A stretch of 64,000 nucleotides of DNA from Chara braunii. Its lineage: Eukaryota; Plantae; Charophyceae. A program made the translations under genes and the position numbers. The stretch spans positions 5,531,251 through 5,595,250 of the forward strand of contig BFEA01000026.1 in NCBI GenBank assembly GCA_003427395.1. The letters are read 5' to 3'. The notes beneath the pieces are model-generated. The model was not told the DNA's origin and ran no database searches. It saw nothing but the letters and a program-made list of their open reading frames with translations. Positions 23,022 through 36,682 of the stretch are shown piece by piece. Each line of letters opens with the position of its first letter. Position 1 is the stretch's first letter.

Positions 23022-26000
23022 CTTTTTTTTTTTTTTCCCTTAAAGATTATGTATCGAGTCTATAGATCGTAGCAGGCAGGGTGGTACGAGCAGCCCTCCC
23101 TACTATGGTCTACCTGTGTCACTCCATCTATTGGTGGGGAGTTGCACCTGCTGGAAAACGGGTCCAGCGTCTCTTTTACAATAAGGAATCTTGCTGCGAA
23201 AATCCAAACATGAGCCTCTTCATCCAGAACTGGGTGTCAGATGTGATCTTACCGACCTAGCTCTTTTTGGTACTCCTCCTGGGAAACTTTAAAAAAAAAC
23301 TAGTTGTAACTCTTGATGAATAATCTGAGATTCTTGAGCAGCTCAAAGGAGGAGCTCATCAAGACGAAACCATGATATAGGATAATAGGGACAAAAGCAT
23401 TTTGTGGGGGAGGGAAGAGATTTGGGAAGTCCTGCATTGAGCGAAGGGGGATCGAGGAGTCGACCTCAGTCCATTCATTGAATAAAAGCTTGTAGTTCTT
23501 ACTTATCTCCTTATCCCCTTCTTCTCTCATCTCACCTTTCCATTCCACCCTCCCAATTTTTCCCCCTTTGTCCCCACCTAGCCAGTCGCAGCTGAAAATT
23601 TTGATGGCTCTGAGGATTTCTTTTTTACATCAGTTGTATTGGATTTTTTCCTTTACCATTTCCCATTGAGACAAAATATCAGTTTGCACTTGTTGTCTAA
23701 TGTTTTCTGTAAACTTTGGGTCATCCATTATGGTCCCTTCCCACTTATATATGCATCTTCTTTGCCATATGGTCCAGAGGATAGCTCTTCGGCCCAGAGT
23801 AAAAAGATTCTGAGTGAAATTGTCAATTTGTTTTGGGGACCAGATTTCGAGCAAAATTACTTTTCATCCCCATGGCCATTGCGCCTTAGTTTCCAGCTGA
23901 TCCCATATGCGAACCCCCCACCTCCAGAGCCAAACAGCACCAGGACAGGACAAAAAGATGTGTTCTATAGTCTCCGGTACTTCTCTGTTGGGGAAAGCAC
24001 ATTTGTAAAGTTTGCACCATGGTTCTGCTATTCCATTTTTCTCGAGGGAGGTCCTAGTGATTAACCAATCATTTGTGGGGAGACAACGGTGTTCAATTTG
24101 TCACTGAAAAGATGTTACTTTTGTTGGTTCCACTCTTACCATACTGAATTATTTAACTTTACTTATGTCTTTCAGACCGAGGTTCAATTGTTGCCTCCAC
24201 CTTGTTGAGACTTTGTCCTTTAGATTAATTTTTGGTTTGCGCATACGATAAGTTGATTTGACCGATAGGGGGTGTAGTGACCGCGTATAATTTACATCCT
24301 TCTTTTTTTTGTCACCCCATGCCTAGCATGTTGGGTTTAGCAAAAGGTCTGAAAATTATGTTGCAGGTCTAAAGGCCAATCATGATGAGGTATCTTTTTG
24401 GAGTACCCTGATTCTGAAAATTTGGTCCATTAGCAACCATTGAGTTTTCTTCTCTGGTGGTGGGTTACTGTATTGTCTTCTTTTAATAAGAAGAGATCAA
24501 CTAACATTGATGAAGCGGGGGAGATGACTAATATATTACCAATCATCTGCGGTTCATTCCTGAGACCCACCCAATCACTTTCCTGAAAAAAATTACCCTT
24601 CTTAAGAATACGGACCCAATCAAGTGGGATTAGGTCAATGATCCTTTCCGGGTTTTCTTCCACATGGTGATAATGTTTGAGTTTACTTTGGAGAGAGGAG
24701 AAAGACAACCAATTCTTGGCGTCTACATCCAAAATGTTTTTTATTTTTGTGACTCCTCTCCTAATCCAACCTTTTCATGAGTTTTCATCGCAGTGTAGCG
24801 TGTAGCCTTGGGGGTCCCTTATCCATTCATTGTTGAAAATGGGTTGTCAGAGAACCTCCTCCCATTTTTGGGGAGAAAGTCTATCCGGCAGGGAGGGGCT
24901 TCCTTCATGTTTTGATGATTGTAACCCAGAAAGAATCCTTATTAATATCTTGTCTTGCTGCCTCCTTATCCGTTCGCCCCTGAACATCCTGGTTCCTGGA
25001 TTCACCTCTGGGAATGGGTCATGCCCTGTTCTCTAACCATATTGCAGGATCCACTGTGCTTTAGGTAAGGGGAGTCGATCTCCTCAGTGGTTCCCATGTT
25101 AGGGCACTCTACGAAGTTTGCGGGTTGAATATGAGTCTCTTAATCCATTGCATTGAGAAAATCATGACCAGTGTACTTGGGTCTATGATGCCTAGCCCTC
25201 CTATTGTTTTAGGTTGGATTAGAGCTAACGAGGCTACCCTACTGATGACCTTTTTACGGTCATGATTTCCTTTCCAACAAAAAGTTCTTAATTGTTGTTG
25301 TAAAGACTTAATTGTTGAGTTGCTAAGAGTCCATATAATTGATTTGTACCAGGTTGAGGCCAATATTACCTTGTTGATTGTTAAAGAGCGTCTCATGATC
25401 GAGGTGTGATTATTTTTTCATAATTCAAGCTTGGTTTGAACACTCTGCATAATCTTCTCATTATGAATCTTTGGTTTTCCTTCTGTTGATAGGAAGATGT
25501 CAAAAACTCTAATGGGAATCTCTTTGGGTAGCCATTTGATACGGGGGAGTTCAGGTGGTTTTACCCCTTTATGGTGGATCCACCATCCTAAATTTTCTCC
25601 GCAATTGACCTTCATATCAGATAGTCTGTGAAATTTGTTCATTAGTCTGTGAATTGCCTCCATATTTTCATGTGTAGCATCCACCATTAGCAAGAAATCG
25701 TCTGCAAAAAAGGAACAGACAGGGATCACCGCCTCTGGAATTGAAGATATCTGGATCCTTTTGATATCCTTGTGGATGCTCAGATTGGCAACACGGGCTT
25801 CCATAACTATGATGAACAAAAAAGGAGTTAAAGGATCCCCTTGTCTACCAGATCTCTAAAGGTTGATTAAGGGGGTCACATTGCCATGTACCATAACTCT
25901 GGTAGTTGTTTTTTTATGCAGCATTTTTACCCATTTTTTGAAACTTGGTCCAAAATTTATTTTCTCAAGGCATTTATCCAAGAAAAACCAGTCCACGTGA

Positions 26001-29000
26001 TCATAAGTTTTTCGAAATCTATGAAAATAAATGCCGCATTGTGTTTGGAATGGCGTGTGACTTTGATTAGTTCATTGATGAGTAGGATATTATCTTGGAT
26101 GTTTCTGCCCGTGATTAATCATGTTTGCACATGGTGAATGATATCCGCAATGACTCTTAGCATTCTGTCAGTCAGGGCTTTGACAACCAATTTGTATACC
26201 ACCGTGAAAAGGGTAATGGGTCTGTAGTTTCTAATATTAGACTTGTCCTCTTTCTTATATAGAAGCATCAGGACACCCTAATTAACTCTCTCTCCCATAT
26301 CCCCTATGATCCAGACGTTATGGTAGTAGTCCAAAAGATCTTGCGAAAGTGAGTCTCACATTGTCTCCCAAAAGTTTTTAGGAAGGTCATCTATTTCAGG
26401 CGTTAGGACCGTCACTGTTGAGCACTGAGTCCGTGAGCAGGACGGTGTGGTAGTCTGTGTGGGTTGTAATACTTCATATGGAATATCAGTCTCAGATCCT
26501 TGGAAAGAAGTGGAGGGAGGAATGTTCTGCTGTGAGTAAGGAATAATAGCCATGACGGTATTGTTCCTCAAAGGCCAAGCGGGACACAGTTTGATTCATG
26601 CGGAGACTTGTGCTCGTATTTCTTTTTTTCTTCAACCTCACACCCTGTTTTTGGTATTTGGGAGTGAGGGCTAACTTCTTGAGCAACTTTACATGGTTAC
26701 AAGTATGCTTGGGAAACTCAGAACGGTAAGCGAACTTGTTTCCTACAATCCCACTTTTGTTTTCTGAATGTCTTTTCTTTCGCAGTTTATTCCTTCTGGC
26801 TAGTACTTTGAGACGTTTGGTCCCCTTGGTAATATTAGTCTCTGATACTTGAAGATGTGTTGTCATGGGAGGACGCTGAGCTATCTGGGCTCGTTGGAAT
26901 TTATGTGTTGTTGGATACGGATTGAGTCGACAGTTTCCCAGTGACAATGTGCAGCAATTTATTGCACATGTCTGTCCAATCCGCTTTTGAGGAGCAGCCA
27001 AATTGCAGGGCCGTTTTGAGGCCGTCGCTGCCAAACATCATTGGTAGGGGCCGCTGCTGAATGAGACGCCAATCCAAGTATAAAATCACAGCACATTTGA
27101 ATTTGAGGTTGGCTATGATCCACATTGCCATTCTATGTATGCTGGATTGTAAATCAGCCAAGGTGTCTACACTGTTCCCCCTCACTCCCATTACAGCAAA
27201 CGGGGAGGCTGACACTGGAGCTTCTTCCACCTCTATCAGTTCCAATTTAAATGCTTCCTCCAATGTATCGAGGTCTATTGCTTCAAGAACTGTCAAGGAT
27301 TGGGCTGTTAATTGAAGTCGTTGGGCATCCTGGTGGATCGTGGGGTCCTGATGGACCCGCAGCGACTGGGACTCCTTGCTGGCCCGTTGGGATTTGGGGA
27401 AATTTAAGTCTTGGTGCTCATGTTAAACCTTCTAGGGAACAGATTTGAGTCCTTGTTTTTTTTTTGTTTTTTTTTTTTTTTTAACTTCTTTTCATTCCTT
27501 ATTCAGATAATGACCCTTCTTTTGTAAGTATGCTGTCGGGAATGACCAACTCTCATATGGCATGTATTATGAGACCCAAATCCTTCTCCCCCTTGTAAAG
27601 CATCTTGTTTACCCCTTATTTCAGCGTCATGTAACATTTGTTGACTAGATCGCTGACTGGACTGATGGTTGCTTTGTGAATCCTGATCGTGCAGAGCCTT
27701 CGGATTGTTATTGTGAGTCTGTTGATTCTGTTGTGATTGTTGTTTTGGGGGGATCCAGTCCATTGGTGGGTGTTGAGATTTGCGTTGATCCCCTCTTCCT
27801 TCCCAATACCACCCAATTGAGACTCCCATCTAGCTCAATTCATCACTATAAGTCCAACCTTCATATCCTGGGACTCCCAGGGTCCATCGGTGAGGACGAT
27901 GTTGGTCTCTCTTGAGTCTTTGTTCCATCGGAATGGTATGTTGAGGATGTAGAGGGCAGGCAAATTCATAACTTTGGTGTCCATATGCTTTGCATTTGAA
28001 ACACCAAGGTCTGAATTTATGCGTTGTGTGTATTTGAAAGACCCTGCCCCCAATTTTGTAGGGGATGATGCCATCCAGTAAGAAGGGTTGATCCTTCTAC
28101 AAGTTAAGAGCCAACATAAGATAGTCATCCCTCTTTGCCACGTGGGTGGGCAAGGGGTCGATGAAGTCTACTATCTTAAATTGCTGACCCAAGTAGTGGA
28201 TGAAAGTCGCTTGAACTTCAATGGGGATGTGTCTGAGTTCCACCCAGTAATGATCTCTCATGAGTTGTTCTCATCTTTCTTTGGGACCAACCTTCTTTGG
28301 CATCGCATCCATGGATATATTCTTACTTGAGAGTTCCCCCAAACCAATTTCTTCCAACTGTCCATCATTTTCTTATCATTTTCAAACAGACTGAGAATTG
28401 TGTACACCGTGGGAGAGACTGGTTGGATTAGGAAAAATTCGGATACAACCTCAATGTTTTCTTTCATCATCTCTAACCTCTTACATATCCATTTGATCTT
28501 ATCATTCGTTGAGCGATAAGCACTATCATTGTAGAATATCCAGTTACTAGCATGCTTAGTGTAGACCGCGTCGCGATGAGCAAGTTTGTTTGTGGGGTAG
28601 GATTTCATCAAAGTTTTTCTTCCCCCGGGTCAACCACCTTCTGTTTAGATGGTAAAAGAAATAGATTGAGGATATACGGTCTCGCAGAAGACAGATTTCT
28701 GAAGGGAATCTTCAACTCCTCCACTGTTGTACATGCAAGACATACCATTGACCTTGATACATTCATAATTTTGTCTTGCGGTGTAAGTCCGACTTTCTGC
28801 GCCCAGGTAGCTGCAGTAGGAGTCTGAGATTGTGACTGTGAAGACAAATTTCGTTCTCATCGTTGTTCTTCTTCTATGAGTATTTCATCTTTGTCCTAGA
28901 TGGAGTAGTCTTCTTTATGATCTTTCTGATCTTCCATAACTGAAACCGTCTTTTTTCCGTGGTAATTCTCTTTTTGTTGTTGATGCCAAGTATCTTTGAC

Positions 29001-29259
29001 ATTCCTCTCATTCTGCTCATTCTGTTGTCTTTGGTGCTGTGGAGGGTGGGACTCATGCCTGGTTATATCTCCATTCCTTTGTGTAGCTTGGACAGGATTG
29101 ATCAGTGTGTGCGGAAGTTGGGTCGGTGTTGTTGGGATTGAGAAGAGGAGATGGTTGCTGTGTTTGTGAAGCACGTGCTGCCTGTGTTGTAGAATCCGAG
29201 GTTTGAGAGACCCACCTCACTACATTTTTGAATCTCCATACATTTTCACCCTAGTTGTT

Positions 29260-29324
<65 letters not shown>

Positions 29325-29600
29325 GGGGTCTGTGGGTGACGCAACATTGGGTCTAGCGTATGGAGAGGCACCCAATTGCCTGAATAGATTATGACGCATC
29401 GCCCCTTCGTAAAAAAGTAATGAATCACTTCCTCGAGCCTTTCCGCTTGACATCTTCATCATCGTACATGGTTCGAACGAGAGTTGGGAAAGCACAGGGT
29501 GAGGGAGCAAAGACGAGAGATGAGGCTAACTGGCGAAAGGGGGAAGATGGGCTGGGAGAGGAGGAACACTGAAAGGAGCGGGGGGAAACCGGGTACAATT
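23022..29600 (-). mobile_element. Near full-length decayed L1/Tx1-like LINE (ORF1 about 28850-27310, RT to C-terminus 26404-23380, 3' module, polyA)
   Basis: RT motif FFADDFLL with GDPLTP-like and RPITL-like motifs upstream, LIQPKTIGGLGI, ILWTIWQRRC. ORF1 is homologous to 50254-49431. Module at 23065-23173, T-tract at 23022-23036. The 5' boundary is approximate. Confidence 0.9.
29262..29322. repeat. 61-nt G homopolymer
   Basis: Direct observation. Confidence 0.9.
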
Positions 29601-31229
29601 AGTGAGGAGTCCATTTGTCTGGGAATTGACTTAGGGTATTTGAATTTTGAGAAATATAAAATTTCACGTGTACACGCTATTCCAATTTTAGGGCTATTGG
29701 AACAAAACGCACATATGTTTTAAATGAGCACTGCTCCCTATGAGATTGTATTTGTATATAACGATTATGCGTTTTGTTCGGGGGAAGAAGGTAGGTGATT
29801 CAGATGTAGAGTATCAATCCTCTCTTCAAATTCAAGGTCAGCAAAATCTGGCTTAGGGGGACCCGTCTTTAGGGAGAGATGGGAAGGAGAAATTGTAGGG
29901 GGAGGTAGGGAGAATTGGGGGGGGGGAGATCGTACCTGACTGGGTGAATTGACTGTGGATTCCTTTGTGTGGCTACATTCTCCCTAATGTATCTAGTCTC
30001 TTCGTCATAGTTTTCCTTCCCGCCTCTGATACCACCTCTGCGTTAGCTCAACTTTTAGTACCTACTATGCCCGCACTTCTATCCTATTATAGTAGTATCG
30101 GTAATTAAAGAGTACCATTGTGGCTTTTGAGTTGATGTAGGCTCTCCACTTCCAATCTTCCTTAAATGTCGAACGCACTTCCTTATTTCTCCCCTACCTT
30201 CAGACAAACTGTTCCTTGCATCGGTAAATTCATCTTCTATGGCTCACTCGTCCGTCAAATCAATCAGAATTGAAAAATTTTCCTGCTGCCACAAACAAAT
30301 GAGAAAGCACATGCGAGCCGCATGCCTCTGAGGCAGTTGAAGCTAATTTTGTCCACATCAGCGAGTCACTAGCCACAATGGCCCGTCTCCCTCACTAATT
30401 AGAGATGTTTGAAATCAAAATTGATTGGCTCACTTGGTTCTAATTACTCTAAGCCTTTCATTAGTCCCAACTCCAATGAAATGCTATAAACTGAGAGTCG
30501 CTTACCTTCTAATCAATAGGTTTCTACTCCTTTTACAATGCTGCAATCGTTTTGAATTCTGAAAAAACAATGACTTCAGTCTGGCCTCGCTATACGAGGA
30601 CCACTCGTCAACACTACTAGTCTAAGGGTATCTCTATCCTCTACCGTAACGAGCCTGTGATTACTATCTTGTACCACTGGCCAACCAGATCAACAATTTT
30701 CTCTTCCTGGCTTTCTCTCTGTTGACCTTATGACAACTTTTGCCAAGGCAGCATTGGTTAGCATTTACTAAGGAAAACGGTGTGGACGAAGCTGACTATA
30801 GCCAACCTTCCATGCCCTATTGAGGAGGGACCAGGAGGACCGATTGTTGTTCAAGCAGATAGTACCGCGCGTATCCTCGCACACTTCGGCTCACCAGGGG
30901 CTTGCTTTGCTACACTCCATTGACGTCAGTCAACGCTGTCAAAGTCAAAACCTGCAATGGCTATGGAGCACCATTGCAGAATCTTCCATACGTGTCGTAG
31001 AAGGGGAAGACATGATCCTCCCTTTCACCACTACACACACTTCAGGTCCGATCACTTTCCACGTCAACCCGTGACATGGCGCTTTCGAGAGTCTCCGTCT
31101 TACTGCTCGTGCACTACGCGTTCATCGCCCTGTCTGGCCATGCGATCTCACATCATATTGCCTCACGTCTGATCTTCAGCTACGTCGGGTGTTTTTGAAG
31201 CTTTGCACCACTCACTCCAAGCCAGACCA

Positions 31230-34210
31230 ACTCAAGGGAACCAGACTCAAGGATGATGGAGGGAAAAGGTATGGGAATTCAGATAATGGGTCGACAATAG
31301 TCCAATCATGAAAGATCAATCGATAGTCTCTTGTAAAACCTTCTGATCCTTCTTCCTAATTTGCCTGATTCTCTCCCCGTGCCCCTGTCCATTTAATTTC
31401 TCTCAGGCCCCTTCCTTGGGTTGCCACCAGGGTTGTCAAGCCTCGGCCCCCCCCCAAAAAAAAAAAANNNNNNNNNNNNNNNNNNNNNNNNNNNNNNNNN
31501 NNNNNNNNNNNNNNNNNNNNNNNNNNNNNNNNNNNNNNNNNNNNNNNNNNNNNNNNNNNNNNNNNNNNNNNNNNNNNNNNNNNNNNNNNNNNNNNNNNNN
31601 NNNNNNNNNNNNNNNNNNNNNNNNNNNNNNNNNNNNNNNNNNNNNNNNNNNNNNNNNNNNNNNNNNNNNNNNNNNNNNNNNNNNNNNNNNNNNNNNNNNN
31701 NNNNNNNNNNNNNNNNNNNNNNNNNNNNNNNNNNNNNNNNNNNNNNNNNNNNNNNNNNNNNNNNNNNNNNNNNNNNNNNNNNNNNNNNNNNNNNNNNNNN
31801 NNNNNNNNNNNNNNNNNNNNNNNNNNNNNNNNNNNNNNNNNNNNNNNNNNNNNNNNNNNNNNNNNNNNNNNNNNNNNNNNNNNNNNNNNNNNNNNNNNNN
31901 NNNNNNNNNNNNNNNNNNNNNNNNNNNNNNNNNNNNNNNNNNNNNNNNNNNNNNNNNNNNNNNNNNNNNNNNNNNNNNNNNNNNNNNNNNNNNNNNNNNN
32001 NNNNNNNNNNNNNNNNNNNNNNNNNNNNNNNNNNNNNNNNNNNNNNNNNNNNNNNNNNNNNNNNNNNNNNNNNNNNNNNNNNNNNNNNNNNNNNNNNNNN
32101 NNNNNNNNNNNNNNNNNNNNNNNNNNNNNNNNNNNNNNNNNNNNNNNNNNNNNNNNNNNNNNNNNNNNNNNNNNNNNNNNNNNNNNNNNNNNNNNNNNNN
32201 NNNNNNNNNNNNNNNNNNNNNNNNNNNNNNNNNNNNNNNNNNNNNNNNNNNNNNNNNNNNNNNNNNNNNNNNNNNNNNNNNCGGCGGGGGTCCGGGGGTG
32301 AAAACCCTACCCCGGCTTGGGCCCCGGGGATCCCCGCGTGACAACCGTGGTTCCCACCAGCAAGTCACCGCTGAATTGTTTTATGTGATGTCCAATTTCT
32401 GATTTGGTTAGTTAGTGTTTGGTCTTCTCTTTGACGTTGTCCCATTGCGAATTAATAACAGTTTGGATTTGATGCCTTATTGAGTCTATGAGGTCTGGAT
32501 CGTCAATTCTTGCATGCGCCGTTTCATATGTACATCGGCGGTACCAAAGAGCCCAGAGAATGGTCCTCCTTCCTATCTTGTAGAGATTGATAGTGAAGTC
32601 GTCCGTCTGAGGAGGGTTTCATGTTTCGCATAAGAGGGCTTTCCAATCTCACGACCATTATTGGGAGGTAATTATTTGGCTCCTGATCTTGTCCCACCAT
32701 CTCCACAGTCATACCGCCCCTGGGCATTGAAGAAAAATATGTTCTATGATTTCCGGTATTTGCCGAGAAGGGAATGCTGATGAGCAAAGTTTACACCAGG
32801 GTAGGGCTAATCCCCTCTGCTCTAGGGAGGTTCTTTCAATGAGTCAATCATTTGTTGGAAGATACATGTGGTCGAACTGTCATTGTAGGAAAACGACCTT
32901 GGTTGGTTTGCTTTTAATGGTCATGAACCATGTAATTGAATTTAGGGAATCTTTGCTGATGTTCAAATGTTTCATCCAGCGAGATTGTACTTTATCCCTC
33001 AGGTGCAGCGAAGGTCTCAGTATCTGATAGGTAGATTTTACCGGTAAGGTATGAAACATCTATTCCCCATTGGTATAGTCCATGTCCACGTGGCAGGGTC
33101 TAGAGAGAACTTATCAATCGAGATGGATGGCTTAAATGCTAGCCATTTGTCTTTGCCCTGCAACACGCTTATTCTGAATACCTCATCCACGTGAAATGCT
33201 TTCGTCTCTTGTGATTGAGGACACTGGAGAACATGACTCTGACCCAGAGAGAACAACAGAAGAATGATCTCCCCTCCTTCCCCAACCAGCACTACGTTTC
33301 TAACCTGTTGGGTGTTATCATGTAGACCCATCCAGTGTCCTTCCTTGATACCTGGTCCTCTTTTGAGGATTCTCACCCAGTCTAAAGGGATAAACTCGAT
33401 TAAAGTTTTCAATGCTTCCGCTGTGTGTCTACAGTAACGCAGATTGGGTTGAATTTGTGACAAGGTATACCATTTCTTGGACTCCTCACACCAAATATCA
33501 CCTATTCTGAGGATCTCATTTTTCACCCACCCCTTCCAAGGAGAGTCCATGCAATGCAACGTGCGGCCCTGAGAATCCTTGATCCATCTGTTGTTGAAAC
33601 GCGGTTGTCGGCAGACCTCTTCCCACCTATTAGGAGGTTTCTTGACATGGAGTGGTAGTTGGTGCCAGGTCCTGAGGAGGTTGGGCCAGAAGGGATCATT
33701 TTTCATATCCAACCTTGCTCCCACTCTGTTGGAGACTGCCTCATAGTTGGTTTCCTGTGAACGTCCTCGTGGAATGGTCCAATGCCGGTTTTCTAGCCAT
33801 GTCATTGGGTCTGTGCCTTCCAAGCTTTCCGGCGCCAGTCTTGCAATTTGCTCCCAGGCAAGAGCCTGCCACGGTGTCTGTGGATTAAAAATCGGTATTT
33901 TGATCCATTGGATAGATAATGCATGCGCCTGTCTGTGTGTGGGTCCAAAATACCTAGTCCCCCTTTTGACTTAGGTTGGATCACCACATTCCATGCCACC
34001 CTACTGATCACATTTTTACATTCATGATTCCCTCTCCAAAGGTAAGCAGTCACTTGCCTCTGTAGGGTTTGCAGGGCGGGTTTATCCAATGGCCATAACC
34101 GCGGATTTATACCACAATGCTGCTAGTATTAGATTATTAATGACAGGCGAGCATCCTCTCATAGAGCTCTGTTTGTTTTTCCAAATTTCCATTTTTGCTA
34201 ACGCCGGATT
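31230..34210 (-). mobile_element. 5'-truncated decayed LINE of the same family, interrupted by a MITE
   Basis: VAWNVVIQPKSKGGLGILDP and IPLDWVRILK. The C-terminal DYRLIFHDWTIVDP continues left of the gap. Confidence 0.85.
31428..32349. mobile_element. hAT-like MITE (interior in gap)
   Basis: TIRs CAGGGTTGTCA and TGACAACCGTG. 8-bp TSD GTTGCCAC (31420-31427) and GTTCCCAC (32350-32357). LINE coding sequence resumes on both sides. Confidence 0.7.
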
Positions 34211-34975
34211 TGAAATTCATTCATTGTTTGTTCTTGGCATACCTTCTGCAGATAGGTTGGCCCCCACAACCCCAAGTGCGATTATAAGTCGTTTTTGTGA
34301 CCCTACTGAAGTTACCCTTTTTGTTTTTCCTTTTTTTTCCTGCCAGCGGATGTGGAGGTCTTACCCACAGTCTTGCATTTGCTGCATGTTTATGAAGTAT
34401 TCATGCTGCCGCTTGCCACAATTCCTCAACGAAAAAAAAAAAAAGGTCTTATATCATGTGCCCAAAAAAAAGACGTTCATGAAACTAAGAAGTTTCAATT
34501 AAAAAAAAAAAAAAAAAAAAAGCAGACCTGGATCCCACCGCCTGGCGGTAACCTGGTGCTTGGAAAGCTTCCGCCAATCCAAACTGTGGCCCCCGGTGGT
34601 CGGCAAGAGAAAACGGGATCCCACCGCAGCAGGCTCGCCGCTCTGGGTTAATGGACAAGGAAAGCTTTCCCTATACAGAAAGTAGGCCTCAGCATGCAAC
34701 AGTCCCCATCCAATCCCTGGGTCTCCTTTCCACATGGCATGGTCAGAACAAGAGAGGTTGCCCCCTCCTCCCCCTCCAGGATGGCCATTGGCCATTACTG
34801 TGGGAAACGCGCAAACAGCGTGGCAGCAATCCCACCGCACAACTGCCAGGCAAGTCATCGGCCACACCCCACTAATCCAGTTTCCCAAGGTGGGAATGAA
34901 ATCCCACGCCTCCTCTGCTTTGATGCCCAATGCAGTTTTCACTTTTTTTTTATATGTGTATTCTCTTTTCGAAAC

Positions 34976-35155
34976 GAGTTATAATTGCCCTATCGGGCAA
35001 GATACAGTTTGCAATTGCACTTCAGGCACCCTACCTGGCCAGAAAGGCCCACAAGCTGGGTTGTATACATTGCCCAAAGTGCAATTCGAAACTGTATCTT
35101 GGCCCATAGTGCGATTATAACTCATTTTTGTGACTCCCGCGTAGTTCCCCCCCCC
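34976..35155 (+). mobile_element. Palindromic MITE-like element, copy 3
   Basis: About 47-bp inverted arms at 34976-35022 and 35077-35123, then ATTTTTGTGACTCCCGCGTAGTTCCCC. Confidence 0.8.
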
Positions 35156-35628
35156 TTTTTTTTTTATTCACTACTCCAGTTACTGTAGCGTTTCCAACGA
35201 AGGGCGTGCCCCCCTCCGCTACTGCCAACTTCAGCCCGCACAAGAGGGCACTGTTTTAAGTTTAACTTTTAGCCACCAATACTTCCACGGCATTTTTCTC
35301 CGGGCCAGGAAACACCCTGCACACCAAAAAGTGAAAAAACTGGTGCGGGCCTCCTTTTGGCTGGCACCACCAGCCATTTTGCTCTGGAGGCCGAGCCCTG
35401 AAAGCTGCAGCTGTATGCACACTGCTACTTAAAAATAAAAATGGCTGGGAAATGTACTGGTAGTTAATATATGGCTGCAGTTTGTGGCAGTGTGGAAACA
35501 CTGCCACTGTACATGTCCTATCGCTGGCGGCCACTGTTGATCGTGCAAGGGCCATGGGCGGAAGATAGCTGTATTTGGGGCATGCACCCAATGGTCTTTG
35601 TAGCTGTATTCGGGTGAAGACTTTAGTA

Positions 35629-35662
<34 letters not shown>

Positions 35663-36270
35663 AGGAAGAAAAGAAAGAATCACAGGGATTCACAGCCCCT
35701 GAGTTTCGCATCTCGGTATCTTTGCGGGCATACACCCTGGGATGGAAAGTGGTCCTTTTGACTCCCTTGGGCCCTCTGGTGGAGGCGATGCACAGTCGAG
35801 ATGGAGGGAGCACGGTTAGAAGGAGAGCAATTTACGGAACTAATAAAACAGCAACTGCAAACAGACTTGCTTTTCCCAATGGGATGCAATTAAAGCAAAA
35901 CTTGATTTCTTCAGCACAAAAGAGCAAATAACAGTCAACATTAAGAAATTCCTTAAGGACTGGCTACTGTCTTCACCCAAATAGAATGCCCAGTCATTAT
36001 AGCTGTATTTGGCACAACTTTCAGCCAGATACCGTGATAACTACCGGGCGTTCTATTCGGGTGAAGAGGGTATTGCCGGGAACAAGGGAGATGCATCCCT
36101 GAGGTGCAGTGGTGAGGGAGACGGGGAGCAGATCAGGCCCAGATCAGGCACCCCACTTTGCAGGGACTATAATAAGCTCACCCACCTCGGGCCACCTGCC
36201 ACGACTGGACAAGGATAGACTCGGCCATTCTCCTACGCGGACTACTCCCCACCTCAGCTTTCCCTGACCT

Positions 36271-36682
36271 TTTTTTTTTTTTTTTTTTTTTCAAATAAGC
36301 TCCATCTATTGGTGGGGAGCAACACCTGCTGGAAACCGGGTCCAGCGTCCCTTACATCAAAGATCACATCATTAAAATTTCAGTGGTCCCTATGCNGGAA
36401 ACNGGGTCCAGNGTCCCCTCNCTACTGCCTTTTATCTAAATAATTCCTTCCTCTCAACAGCTCTTTCCAGTCTGAAACCATTACTGNGAAAAAAGANTTN
36501 CACACAAGGTGAGAGAGCCTCTTCAGTCAGGATTCTGACCTCCTGATGGGAAAAACTGGACCTAGCCTCCCCCTTATGAATCTCTTTCATTCTGCCTATT
36601 CCTCAGACCTGTCCTCCCCCCCTCCAAACCACTCAAGATCCACCATAGCTGATGAAGAGGGAGGGAAGGGATCAGCAAACAA
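36271..36682 (-). mobile_element. ~410-bp SINE-like or truncated LINE insertion with 17-bp TSD
   Basis: TSD TCAGCTTTCCCTGACCT at 36254-36270 and 36683-36699. T-tract, full module at 36299-36351, extra hairpin at 36394-36417. Confidence 0.85.

Noticed and set aside
34530-34910. Repeated ATCCCACCGC motifs as snRNA USE elements
   Set aside because: No downstream TATA or snRNA at the proper spacing; more likely transposon subterminal repeats.
35124-35150. ATTTTTGTG after the palindrome as the Sm site of a novel snRNA
   Set aside because: Part of a multi-copy MITE-like repeat, with no snRNA promoter or 3' stem-loop evident.
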